A stretch of 64,000 bases of DNA from Pseudomonadota bacterium (GCA_048498015.1 JBEHYU010000019.1:523-64522), one strand, 5' to 3'. Counted from the stretch's first letter, positions 19,442-28,652 are shown. The notes: generated by a model not told the origin, from the sequence alone. Program-made: numbers and translations.

Positions 19442-20487
19442 GGCGTCGCCCTCAGCCGCTCATACGTCGCCAGCGGCGCATCGGCTGAAATGATGTTCCT
19501 GAGCGCCGGATCGAACGCCGCCGGAAACACCTCGCCATCCTCGAACTGCTTGTGCGGATAATCCGTCGAAAACAGCAGCAGCTGGTCCGAGCCCAGATGG
19601 TCGAGCACCCGCCGCAGCTGGTCGGCATCGGCCGGCCCATCCACCGGGGTCAGCGAGAAGCGCAGCTGGTCGCGCACCACTTCCTCAGGCGAGCGGTCGG
19701 CCCAGGGGATCTCGAAGCGCAACCCGCCCCAGTATTTGGCGATGCGCCAGAGCAGCGCCGGCACCCAGGTCCAGCCACTCTCCAGCATCACCACCTTGAG
19801 CGTCGGGAATTTGTTGAACACGCCCTCGCAGAAGAGGCTGGTCAGCTGGTACTGGAACGCCTGCGCGTTGGCCGCGTAATCCTCGAGATAATAGCTCGGC
19901 CAGCCTAAAGCCGTCGGTGCGTTGCGGAACTCCTGGCCGGCATGGATGCCGAGCGCCAGCCCGTGCCGCACCGCCGCCTCGTAGATCGGCCAGTACTGCC
20001 GCCGCCCGAGCGGCTGCGCCGTGCCGGCTAGAACGAGAATCTGCACGAAGCGCCGGTGCGGCGCGCAGCGCTCGATCTCGGCCACCGCCCGCTCGACATT
20101 GTCGAGCGACACCACGATCGAGGCCCGGAAGCGCGGCTCGCGATCGAGAAACTCCGCCCGCACCCAGTCGTTGAGCGCCGACACGTAAGCCTGCGCCAGG
20201 TCCTCGCTGAACAGCGTCTGCACGCCATAGAGGCAATTGAGGATGCCCACGTCCGACCCGAACGCATCGAGGCACTGGCTGCCCACGATCGCCGCGCTCG
20301 TCGCCGGCCGCCCCCTGGCGGGCCGCCAGTCGGCCCGCACCGTCAGCGGCGTGTTGTCCGGATAATTGATCGAGTGCAGATCCTCGATCCCCCGGACCAC
20401 GCTCATCTCCCGCCATGGCTCGGGCATGTAGGGAAACAGGGCCGCCGTATTGGGCACGCCGGGGTGGATGTCGACGTCGATTTGCAT
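19438..20487 (-). CDS. Amidohydrolase_2-fold protein, probable partner/structural subunit
   Basis: DVDIH, GIHAG, LESG, STDYPHKQFE; paralogue of the downstream gene (shared YWPIYEAAV, GWPSYY); ATGA coupled. Confidence 0.8.
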   Translation of the reverse strand: MQIDVDIHPGVPNTAALFPYMPEPWREMSVVRGIEDLHSINYPDNTPLTVRADWRPARGRPATSAAIVGSQCLDAFGSDVGILNCLYGVQTLFSEDLAQAYVSALNDWVRAEFLDREPRFRASIVVSLDNVERAVAEIERCAPHRRFVQILVLAGTAQPLGRRQYWPIYEAAVRHGLALGIHAGQEFRNAPTALGWPSYYLEDYAANAQAFQYQLTSLFCEGVFNKFPTLKVVMLESGWTWVPALLWRIAKYWGGLRFEIPWADRSPEEVVRDQLRFSLTPVDGPADADQLRRVLDHLGSDQLLLFSTDYPHKQFEDGEVFPAAFDPALRNIISADAPLATYERLRATP

Positions 20488-20572
20488 GGGGCGGAAAGTG
20501 AACCGGGGCAGGGCCGCTGGCAAGGGCGGCGCGATCCCGGGCCCGCCGGCTCCAGAAATATTTGCCGATCCG

Positions 20573-20599
20573 TGTCCGATTGCGGCAAGCTCGCTCGAC
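20573..20599 (+). promoter_or_regulatory. Candidate ECF42 target promoter
   Basis: TGTCCG-N17-CGAC, resembling the ECF42 motif TGTCGA...CG(A/T)C, upstream of the DGPF-ECF42 operon. Confidence 0.5.
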
Positions 20600-20647
20600 G
20601 TCCCGATGAGAGCCCACAATGGGCAGGCTCATCAGATGGAGACAAAG

Positions 20648-21058
20648 ATGCGAGTTATGGTTCTGGGAAAAGCCAGTGAAGCCAATGCCGGCGCCCCGCC
20701 GACCAAGGAAGCGTTCGCGGCCATGGACAAGTTCATCGAGGAACTGGTGGCGGCCGGCGTGCTGGTCGCCGGCGCCGGCCTCAAGGCCGATGCCTCGGCC
20801 AAGCGGGTTAGCGTCGACAATGGCAAGGCGACGATCACCGACGGCCCCTTCGCCGAGACCCGCGAGCTGGTCGCCGGCTTCCAGATCTGGGAGGTCAAGG
20901 ACATGGACGAGGCGCTCGCCTGGGTGAAGCGCTACCCGATGTCCGGCGACATGGAGCTCCGCCCCTTCATGGAAGCCGCCGACCTCGCCGACTACGTGAC
21001 GCCCGAAGAGCTGGCGACGCCGCGCGAAGGCGATCGCGGCAAGCTCGGCGTGGCGTAA
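20648..21058 (+). CDS. YciI/DGPF-domain protein
   Basis: ITDGPFAETRELVAGF...MDEALAW. Confidence 0.92.
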   Translation: MRVMVLGKASEANAGAPPTKEAFAAMDKFIEELVAAGVLVAGAGLKADASAKRVSVDNGKATITDGPFAETRELVAGFQIWEVKDMDEALAWVKRYPMSGDMELRPFMEAADLADYVTPEELATPREGDRGKLGVA

Positions 21059-21156
21059 GGCACCTCTCCTCCAACCGCGGTACTTCAACTAACCGCAGTG
21101 GAATTCCGTGCTGCCGGTCGCCTTGCCTCGGCCCATGCCGTGTCTCACAACACGGC

Positions 21157-22410
21157 ATGGGCGCAAGCGAGACCCACAAAGCCATCGAGGCGACTTTCCG
21201 CATCGAGCGGGCGAGGCTGGTTGCCGGCCTCGCCCGGCTGACGCGCAGTGTCGATCGGGCCGAGGAGCTGGCGCAGGATGCGCTGGTCAGCGCGCTCAGC
21301 GACTGGCCGCGCACCGGCATTCCGGCCAATCCCGGCGCCTGGCTCATGGCGGCCGCCAAACGGCGCGGCATCGACGCCATCCGGCACAACAAGATGGCCG
21401 ACCGCAAGCACGCCGAGATCGGCCGCACGCTCGACGAAGCGGCGGACGAGGCGGTCGAGGCGCTCGACGCGACCCTGGACGACGATCTCGGCGATGAACT
21501 GCTCGGCCTCATCTTCACCGCGTGCCACCCGATGCTGACGCCCGTCAGCCGCGCCGCGCTGACCCTCAAGGTGGTGGGCGGCTTCTCGACCGACGAGATC
21601 GCGCGGGCGTTCCTGTCCACCGACAGCGCCGTGGCCCGCCGCATCACCCGCGCCAAGGACGAGATCGCCGATGCGGGCCTGCGCTTCGAGGTGCCGCGCG
21701 GCGCCGGGCTCGGCGCGCGGCTCGGCTCCGTGCTGGAAGTCATCTACCTCATCTTCAACGAGGGCTACGCCGCGACCGCCGGCGACGATCCGATCCGCCC
21801 GGCGCTCTGCCTCGAAGCGCAGCGCCTCGGCCGCATCCTCGCCGGCCTGCTGCCCGCCGATCCCGAAGTGCAGGGCCTCCTCGCGCTGATGGAAATCCAG
21901 GCCTCGCGCCTGAGCGCCCGCATCGGCCCCGACGGCGCCGCCATCCCGCTCCCCGAGCAGGACCGCTCCCGCTGGGACCAGCTCTCCATCCGCCGCGGCC
22001 TCGAAGCCCTCGCCCGCGCGCAAACCCTGGGCGGGCAGGGCCCCTACGTCCTGCAAGCGGCGCTCGCCGCCTGCCACGCCCGCGCGCGGTCGGCCGCCGA
22101 GACGGACTGGCGCAGTATCGCGGGGTTGTATGACCGCCTGCGGGTGGTCTCACCGTCGCCGGTGGTCGATCTCAATCGTGCGGTGGCGCACAGCATGGTG
22201 TTTGGCCCGGACGCGGGGCTGCGGCTATTGGACGAGATCGAGCCGGGCCTGCTGACGGACTACGCCCCGCTCCACGCCGCACGAGGCGACTTCCTGTTCC
22301 GCGCGAGACGGCGGGAAGAGGCAAAGGCGGCGTTCGAGCGGGCCGCGGGGCTGAGCCGCAATGCGGCGGAGCGGGCGTTCTTGCTCAGAAGAGCGGGGGA
22401 GTGTGGCTGA
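21157..22410 (+). CDS. ECF42-group sigma factor with C-terminal TPR extension
   Basis: AEELAQDALV, PGAWL, LIFTACHP, VLEVIYLIFNEGY, GPYVLQAA, SPVVDLNRAVA; adjacent DGPF gene. Confidence 0.93.
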   Translation: MGASETHKAIEATFRIERARLVAGLARLTRSVDRAEELAQDALVSALSDWPRTGIPANPGAWLMAAAKRRGIDAIRHNKMADRKHAEIGRTLDEAADEAVEALDATLDDDLGDELLGLIFTACHPMLTPVSRAALTLKVVGGFSTDEIARAFLSTDSAVARRITRAKDEIADAGLRFEVPRGAGLGARLGSVLEVIYLIFNEGYAATAGDDPIRPALCLEAQRLGRILAGLLPADPEVQGLLALMEIQASRLSARIGPDGAAIPLPEQDRSRWDQLSIRRGLEALARAQTLGGQGPYVLQAALAACHARARSAAETDWRSIAGLYDRLRVVSPSPVVDLNRAVAHSMVFGPDAGLRLLDEIEPGLLTDYAPLHAARGDFLFRARRREEAKAAFERAAGLSRNAAERAFLLRRAGECG

Positions 22411-22615
22411 GACAGCGACACGCCCCTCCACCGCGCAGAGGCATCGGACCGTATGGGGAGGCTTGTCGAAGGAAGGTCGCGACTGAGGCATCCGGTGTGA
22501 GCGATGGATCGTCAAGTTGGCTCGGTCTCGAACCTTCGAGACCTTCCTCTGAGCTGCCTAGGGCTTCCACGCAGAAGGTGGATCACAGGTCACGTCCATC
22601 AAGTGGAGGATCGTG

Positions 22616-23569
22616 TCACAGCCCTTCGTTCCCCAGATTAGGATCGGCAGTAGACCCCTGCTCTCCAGGCGATGACTGGCTGTGGGTTGCGCGCTCGGCC
22701 AGCAATTGTGCGTTTATCTGATCTCTAGCTTCTTTGTGTTTGGGCATATCTATAACCTCTTGAATGCACCATGCCGGGAGAACGCAGGTCATCCCGCTGA
22801 AGCCCTTGACAGCCGTGCCTTCGGTAATGAGTGCGATCTCGGCGGCCTCTTGTTGGTTGACCGCGCCGGACAATATCTCCCACCGTTCGGGGAACTGTCC
22901 AATATGAATGCCGAGAAGAACAAACAGATTGGGCGTATCGAGCAGGAGTCGGGGCTCCGCTGAGTTTATGATCTGCAGGTCATAACCAGGGGTCCGATAC
23001 GCGAAAACGGGAGAACCAGAATACCCGCTACGTGAATGCATATCGAGGATGAACGCGGGTGCCTTCGTCCCATTTTCCTGGATGATCGGCGTAGGCAAGG
23101 CGCTGATATTGCCGAATCTTACAGTTGGAAGATTTACGCCGCCTCCATCGTGATCGATAAACCGGCCAATCATAAAGACGTCCTCGCCAGGTCCGATGGC
23201 CTTTTCATGTGTAAGATAATCGCGACTGACAAAGGCGCTCGTCTTCACTTGCGATCGCTCAAGTTGATCGCCTTCCTCGATCGAAAGCGGCAAAATGGCG
23301 ATGTCATAACGGGGATCAAATGACCAATCCTCGGGGGCAGCATCAAGCACCTCTACTCCCCCTTGTTTGGTATTTAACCGAAGAACTGAGTTACCTCGAC
23401 ATGCTACGTGCCAGTTCGTCACAGCGACGACAAAATTTCGGTCGGCAACCGCGGAAGGAACTGAGACCAAGAACCCGGTGCCACCAAAATTGCGACCCGC
23501 GAGCGCATCCTCCTTCGTCGGATAGAGAAAGAAAGCACAGTTCAAAACCCTAGGATCAATCCTCGGCAT
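22616..23569 (-). CDS. Trypsin-like (S1) serine protease without signal peptide, low GC
   Basis: GTGFLV, TNWHV (His), YDIAIL (Asp), SGYSGSPVF (Ser); visibly AT-richer DNA than flanks. Confidence 0.8.
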   Translation of the reverse strand: MPRIDPRVLNCAFFLYPTKEDALAGRNFGGTGFLVSVPSAVADRNFVVAVTNWHVACRGNSVLRLNTKQGGVEVLDAAPEDWSFDPRYDIAILPLSIEEGDQLERSQVKTSAFVSRDYLTHEKAIGPGEDVFMIGRFIDHDGGGVNLPTVRFGNISALPTPIIQENGTKAPAFILDMHSRSGYSGSPVFAYRTPGYDLQIINSAEPRLLLDTPNLFVLLGIHIGQFPERWEILSGAVNQQEAAEIALITEGTAVKGFSGMTCVLPAWCIQEVIDMPKHKEARDQINAQLLAERATHSQSSPGEQGSTADPNLGNEGL

Positions 23570-23765
23570 TCCAACGGGACCATGGTTATCCGCTATACTC
23601 CGGCAAGACTATAGTGACGCATAGGAGGGGGCGCAAACGAGCAGATCTGCGGCACGTGCCAATGTCATCTAGGCATGGTTCTGTCAGCCACGTGAGTGGG
23701 CACCGCCTTTGAGTAATACCTTGCGGCGCGGTCGTCGTCCGTCGTCTGCAAGTTGCGCTTCGCCC

Positions 23766-23795
23766 TTGACACCCATCCCCCTCCACCCCTAACCT
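23766..23795 (+). promoter_or_regulatory. sigma70-type promoter of the ilv leader
   Basis: TTGACA-N18-TAACCT. Confidence 0.6.
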
Positions 23796-23822
23796 CCGCC
23801 CACTTCAACCCGGAGCACACCC

Positions 23823-23870
23823 GTGCACCTCATTCTCGTAGTATCGGAGCGCATCGGTCACGTGGGATAA
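23823..23870 (+). CDS. ilv operon leader peptide (MHLILVVSERIGHVG)
   Basis: GGAG RBS then GTG CAC CTC ATT CTC GTA GTA...TAA; run of Leu/Ile/Val control codons upstream of a terminator and ilvI. Confidence 0.85.
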   Translation: MHLILVVSERIGHVG

Positions 23871-23900
23871 CACCCCGCGGGAAGGCTGGTGCGCGCAAAC

Positions 23901-23926
23901 AGGTCCCTCCCGGGGCCTTTTTTATT
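23901..23926 (+). terminator. Attenuator terminator of the ilv leader
   Basis: AGGTCCC-TCCC-GGGGCCT followed by a T run; GGGAT at the leader stop can pair with GTCCC as antiterminator. Confidence 0.8.
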
Positions 23927-24050
23927 GCCCGAAAATCCGCCCCCGCCGATCGCCCCCGCAAACCACCGCCGCCCGGCGGCGAAACCACCCCGCCGCTCGC
24001 GGCGCACTCGAACTGGACTGGCCGCCACGCGGCATATGAGGAGAGACCAA

Positions 24051-25820
24051 ATGCCCAAGCAGATGACGGGCGCCGAAATGGTGATCGAGGCCCTGAGCGA
24101 CCAGGGCGTCACCGATATCTTCGGCTATCCCGGCGGCGCCGTGCTGCCGATGTATGACGCGATCTTCCAGCAGGACAAGGTCCGCCACATCCTCGTGCGG
24201 CACGAGCAGGGCGCCACCCACATGGCCGAGGGCTATGCGCGCTCCACCGGCAAGGTCGGCGTGGTGCTGGTCACTTCCGGTCCCGGCGCCACCAACGCCG
24301 TCACCGGCCTTACCGATGCGCTGATGGATTCGATCCCGATCGTCTGCATCACCGGCCAGGTCGCGACCCCCCTGATCGGCTCGGACGCGTTCCAGGAATG
24401 CGACACGGTGGGCATCACCCGCTCGTGCACCAAGCACAATTACCTGGTCAAGAACGTCGCCGACCTGCCGCGCATCCTGCACGAGGCGTTCTACATCGCG
24501 CGCTCCGGCCGGCCCGGCCCGGTGCTGATCGACATCCCCAAGGATGTGCAGTTCGCCATGGGCACCTATTACGGCCCCACCGAGATCGAGACGACGCGCC
24601 ACAAATCCTATCGCCCGCAGCTCGATGCCGACGCCCGGCTGATCGAGGCCGCCGTCGACATGATGCTGCGCGCCGACCGACCGGTGTTCTACACCGGCGG
24701 CGGCGTCATCAATGCCGGCCCCGAGGCCAGCCAGCGTCTGCGCGAGCTGGCGGAGCTGAGCGGCTTCCCGGTCACCTCGACGCTGATGGGGCTCGGCGCC
24801 TTCCCGGGTTCGTCGCCGCAATGGCTGGGCATGCTGGGCATGCACGGCTCGTACGAAGCCAACATGGCGATGCACGATTGCGACCTGATGATCAACCTCG
24901 GCGCCCGCTTCGACGACCGCATCACCGGCCGCATCGATGCCTTCTCGCCGGGCAGCCGCAAGATCCACGTCGATATCGACCCCTCGTCCATCAACAAGAA
25001 CATCCGCATCGACCTGCCGATCATCGGCGATGTCGGGCATGTGCTCAAGGAGATGGTCCGCATCTGGCGCTCCAAGACCAACGCGCCGCGCACCGAGGCC
25101 ATCGCGCCCTGGTGGAAGCAGATCAACGACTGGCGCGGCAAGAACTCGTTCGGCTTTACGAACTCCGCCACGGTGATCAAGCCGCAATACGCCATCCAGC
25201 GCCTCTACCAGGCGGTGAAGGATCGCGACGTCTACGTCACCACCGAAGTCGGCCAGCACCAGATGTGGGCGGCGCAGCATTTCCCGTTCGAGATGCCCAA
25301 TCGCTGGATGACCTCGGGCGGCCTGGGCACCATGGGTTACGGCCTGCCGGCCGCCATCGGCGTGCAGGTGGCGCATCCCGAGGCGCTGGTCATCGACATC
25401 GCCGGGGAAGCCAGCGTGCAGATGACCATGCAGGAGATGTCGACTGCGGTGCAGTACGGCCTGCCGGTCAAGATCTTCATCCTCAACAATGAGCGCATGG
25501 GCATGGTCCGCCAGTGGCAGGAGCTGCTGCATGGCGGGCGCTACGCCCACTCCTACTCGGAGTCGCTGCCGGACTTCGTCAAGCTGGCGGAAGCCTATGG
25601 CGGCCACGGCATCAAATGCGAGAACCCGGCCGATCTCGACGCCGCGATCAAGGAGATGATCGACAGCCCCAGGCCCGTGCTGTTCGACTGCCTCGTCGAG
25701 CGCCACGAAAACTGCCTGCCCATGATCCCCTCGGGCAAGCCGCACAACGAAATGATCCTGCCCGATTTCCAGGGCGACGTCGGCAATGTCATCGACGCCA
25801 AGGGTAGGGAGCTGGTCTGA
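24051..25820 (+). CDS. ilvI: Acetolactate synthase large subunit
   Basis: FGYPGGAVL, RHEQGA.H, TSGPGATN, GMLGMHG, RFDDR, TSGGLGTMGYG, GMVRQWQ. Confidence 0.97.
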   Translation: MPKQMTGAEMVIEALSDQGVTDIFGYPGGAVLPMYDAIFQQDKVRHILVRHEQGATHMAEGYARSTGKVGVVLVTSGPGATNAVTGLTDALMDSIPIVCITGQVATPLIGSDAFQECDTVGITRSCTKHNYLVKNVADLPRILHEAFYIARSGRPGPVLIDIPKDVQFAMGTYYGPTEIETTRHKSYRPQLDADARLIEAAVDMMLRADRPVFYTGGGVINAGPEASQRLRELAELSGFPVTSTLMGLGAFPGSSPQWLGMLGMHGSYEANMAMHDCDLMINLGARFDDRITGRIDAFSPGSRKIHVDIDPSSINKNIRIDLPIIGDVGHVLKEMVRIWRSKTNAPRTEAIAPWWKQINDWRGKNSFGFTNSATVIKPQYAIQRLYQAVKDRDVYVTTEVGQHQMWAAQHFPFEMPNRWMTSGGLGTMGYGLPAAIGVQVAHPEALVIDIAGEASVQMTMQEMSTAVQYGLPVKIFILNNERMGMVRQWQELLHGGRYAHSYSESLPDFVKLAEAYGGHGIKCENPADLDAAIKEMIDSPRPVLFDCLVERHENCLPMIPSGKPHNEMILPDFQGDVGNVIDAKGRELV

Positions 25821-25822
25821 CC

Positions 25823-25981
25823 ATGCAGCGGGCGCCGCTCCCCTCGCTACTGCGCCCGCTCACGCTGGCGCTGGTGTGCATCGGTCTCGCCACGGGCGCG
25901 GCCGAGGCGGACCAGCGCATGGTCATCGGCCATACATCCGCATCGCTGCTGCTGCCCGACGAGAGAGGAGATGCACCATGA
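25823..25981 (+). pseudogene. 52-aa truncated paralogue (signal peptide plus first strands) of the downstream secreted protein
   Basis: MQRAPLPSLLRPLTLALVCIGLATGAAEA-DQRMVIGHTSASLLLPDERGDAP*; IGHTSASLLLPD resembles IVGTSVALEVPD of the next ORF; stop overlaps the next ATG. Confidence 0.55.
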
Positions 25982-26949
25982 GGGCAGTAGTCCCCGTCCT
26001 GGCGGCACTCCTGGGACTGTCCCTGGTGAGCTTACCCGCATTCGCCGGTGAGCTCAGGGGTATCGTCGGCACGTCGGTCGCTCTCGAAGTGCCGGATGGC
26101 TTCGTCGATGGCTCGGCTTTTCCGGGCTTCATCAACAATGTCATCAATGCCCGCATCGAGGGCGGCAGCGGAGGGCCGAACGAAGCCGCATTGTTCGACG
26201 GAGCCGGTGCTCTCGATCGCATGAAAGCGATCATTGTTGCAGGGGGGCGGATGTCGATCGCCTCCGCCGAGCAGATGCCCGTTGCCGGTCAGACGGCCTT
26301 CGTGTTCGAGGGCAACTGGGTGGGCAACATGAGCGGGAAGGCCTGGTTTGCGATGCTTGGACCGGAGCACCCCGCCGTGCTGACCTTCAGTCAGGCCGGG
26401 TTCCCCGCGGTCGTAGCGAACGGACTCAGCCGCGAGGCGGTTCTGCAGATGCTATCCACGGTGGTAATCGCCCAGCCGCGCGCGACCGACAATACGGTGT
26501 ACGCCTCCTCGATCGCCGTTCCACTGCAGCCCCCGTTCGAGGGGGCCAAGGTGCGCCCGGACCACAATACCATCGAGATCGATACACCGGCCGCGGGCGG
26601 GCCAAGGCTCACGGTGCTGTTCATTGCGCCCTATCAATACCGCCCGCTGGCCCAGGCGGCGCAGGAAGCGCTGCCGCTGGACAGCGCCTCCGAGCAACTG
26701 ACGCAGACGACCTTCATCGGCATGCCCGCCGTGCGCCGCACCGGGACGCATTCGGTTGGCGGCAAGGTGCTGGCCGATGTCGAATATCTGGCGATCGTCG
26801 CCGGCCAGCCGGTGCTGCTCGTCGCCGAGGGCACGCCGGAGCAGATGACCGACGCCGTCGTCGCGAGCGTCGACGCCATCGCCCAATCGATACACCGGCA
26901 GAGTGCTGCCGAACTGCAATCCGCGCCCGAAGCGCTGAACGACAAGTAA
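25978..26949 (+). CDS. Hypothetical secreted protein, 323 aa, between ilvI and ilvH
   Basis: GAGGAG RBS, signal peptide ending PAFA; no family recognised. Confidence 0.7.
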   Translation: MRAVVPVLAALLGLSLVSLPAFAGELRGIVGTSVALEVPDGFVDGSAFPGFINNVINARIEGGSGGPNEAALFDGAGALDRMKAIIVAGGRMSIASAEQMPVAGQTAFVFEGNWVGNMSGKAWFAMLGPEHPAVLTFSQAGFPAVVANGLSREAVLQMLSTVVIAQPRATDNTVYASSIAVPLQPPFEGAKVRPDHNTIEIDTPAAGGPRLTVLFIAPYQYRPLAQAAQEALPLDSASEQLTQTTFIGMPAVRRTGTHSVGGKVLADVEYLAIVAGQPVLLVAEGTPEQMTDAVVASVDAIAQSIHRQSAAELQSAPEALNDK

Positions 26950-26961
26950 GAGGACACACAC

Positions 26962-27516
26962 ATGAACGCGCATCTGCAACCGACCGGGTCGGTCTATTCG
27001 CTGGTCCCCGAGACGCAAACGCCGGAGCGGCACACGCTGTCGGTGCTGGTCGACAACGAGCCGGGCATCCTCGCCCGTATCGTCGGGCTGTTCGCGGCCC
27101 GTGGCTTCAACATCGACTCGCTGACGGTCAGCGAGACCGAGCACGAGAAGGGGCTGAGCCGCATCACCGTGGTCACCGTCGCGACGCCGAAAGTGCTGAC
27201 GCAGATCAAGCTGCAGCTCGAGCGGCTGATCCCCGTGCACAAGGTGCACGACCTCACCGCCGAGGGCAAAGCGCTCGAGCGCGAGCTGGCGCTGGTCAAG
27301 GTCGCCGGCACCGGCGAACCCCGGGCCGAGGCGCTGCGCCTCGCCGACGCCTATCGCGCGCAGATCGTCGATGCGACCACCGAGAGCTTCGTGTTCGAGA
27401 TCACCGGCAAGCCGTCCAAGATCGACTCGTTCATCGCCATCATGGTGCCGCTCGGGCTGGTCGAAGTCGTCCGCACGGGTCTTGCCGCCATCTCGCGCGG
27501 CGCGGAGGGGATGTGA
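26962..27516 (+). CDS. ilvH: Acetolactate synthase small (regulatory) subunit
   Basis: LSVLVDNEPGILARIVGLFAARGFNIDSLTV ACT domain, ERELALVKV, EVVRTG. Confidence 0.97.
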   Translation: MNAHLQPTGSVYSLVPETQTPERHTLSVLVDNEPGILARIVGLFAARGFNIDSLTVSETEHEKGLSRITVVTVATPKVLTQIKLQLERLIPVHKVHDLTAEGKALERELALVKVAGTGEPRAEALRLADAYRAQIVDATTESFVFEITGKPSKIDSFIAIMVPLGLVEVVRTGLAAISRGAEGM

Positions 27517-27533
27517 GGGCAGCGACGCACTGA

Positions 27534-27682
27534 CCCCTCACCCGCCTCGCTTCGCTCGGCACCTCTCCCCAAAGGGGCGAGGGGACGATGGAACCGAAGC
27601 GTCAGTCGGCGTCCCCTCGCCCCTCTGGGGAGAGGGTAGCGGAGCCAGGAGCGCAGCGACTTGGCGGAGCTGGGTGAGGGGG
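27534..27682. repeat. Family-A REPIN-like inverted dimer
   Basis: CCCCTCACCC..CTCTCCCC-AAA-GGGGCGAGGGGA / spacer with GAACCGAAGCGTCAGTCG / TCCCCTCGCCCC-TCT-GGGGAGAGGG..GGGTGAGGGG. Confidence 0.85.
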
Positions 27683-27756
27683 CCGTTCGTCACCGCACCA
27701 TCGCCCCCATTGCCCCGCCGCCCATCCCCCGCTAGCGTTACGGGCAGGGGGTTCTC

Positions 27757-28437
27757 ATGCTGATTGCCGGCGCGTTGGCGCTTCTCATTGCGGTGGTGGC
27801 GGCGATCGGCGCGCTGCTGGCGCTCGATCTGGGGCGGACCGAGCACCGGCACTGGCTCGACGCGCTCAAGACCTGGCAGCAGCTGATCGGCTCGGTGCTG
27901 GGCTTTCTCGGCGCCGCCGGCGTGCTGGTGCTGTCGACCGCCATTACGCAGGACAGCGATCAGCGCAAATCGGTGGCCGCGGCACACGCCATCGGGCTAG
28001 GGCTGGCGCTAGAGGTCGAGCGAATGGGCACCGGGCTCAAGCTCGGCAAGGCCATCGGCCAGACCATCGATCTCAATTCACAACCGGCGCTGCTGGCGCA
28101 GACCTGCACCAATTACGCCGATGCGCTGCAGAGCCACCTGCTCGCGGTGACGCCGGTCTACGACGCCGTTCTACCGCGCATGGTGGATTTCGGCGACGAG
28201 AACCTCGCGATCTTCGTGCGCTTCTACGGCTATTTCTTCGATTTCAAGCAGGCGCTCAAGGAAGTCGACAAGACGGCATGCGGCGCCGCGGCCGCCGACG
28301 AGATCACGTACATGCAGCACCAGGTCGATGGCGGCCTCGGGCTCTACAAGCTGATTGCCGACAACTATCCCATGGCCACGGCCGATCTGGGCATTCCCGG
28401 CGCACCGTCGTCGGTGGAGCCGTCCAGCGCCCCCTAG
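27757..28437 (+). CDS. Hypothetical membrane protein (two N-terminal TM segments)
   Basis: Host-like codon usage, two hydrophobic stretches then a helical domain; bracketed by repeats. Confidence 0.7.
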   Translation: MLIAGALALLIAVVAAIGALLALDLGRTEHRHWLDALKTWQQLIGSVLGFLGAAGVLVLSTAITQDSDQRKSVAAAHAIGLGLALEVERMGTGLKLGKAIGQTIDLNSQPALLAQTCTNYADALQSHLLAVTPVYDAVLPRMVDFGDENLAIFVRFYGYFFDFKQALKEVDKTACGAAAADEITYMQHQVDGGLGLYKLIADNYPMATADLGIPGAPSSVEPSSAP

Positions 28438-28511
28438 CGGTTGCGGACCGGGCGCGCCCCCCACTCCCTTGCAACGCTGCTCCACTCGCCAGGACTCCGC
28501 CGCTCCCACTG

Positions 28512-28597
28512 CGTCATTCCCGCGAAGGCGGGAATCCAGACGGAGCTATCGGACGTCCGCGAACGCAGCCTGGATCCCCGCCTGCGCGGGAATGACG
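28512..28597. repeat. Family-B palindromic repeat dimer (86 bp)
   Basis: CGTCATTCCCGCGAAGGCGGGAATCCAG-N30-CTGGATCCCCGCCTGCGCGGGAATGACG. Confidence 0.9.
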
Positions 28598-28652
28598 TTG
28601 TGGACGGGGCTCTGGCCGATCCGCCCCACTCACGACGGACAGGGCAGCCCCG

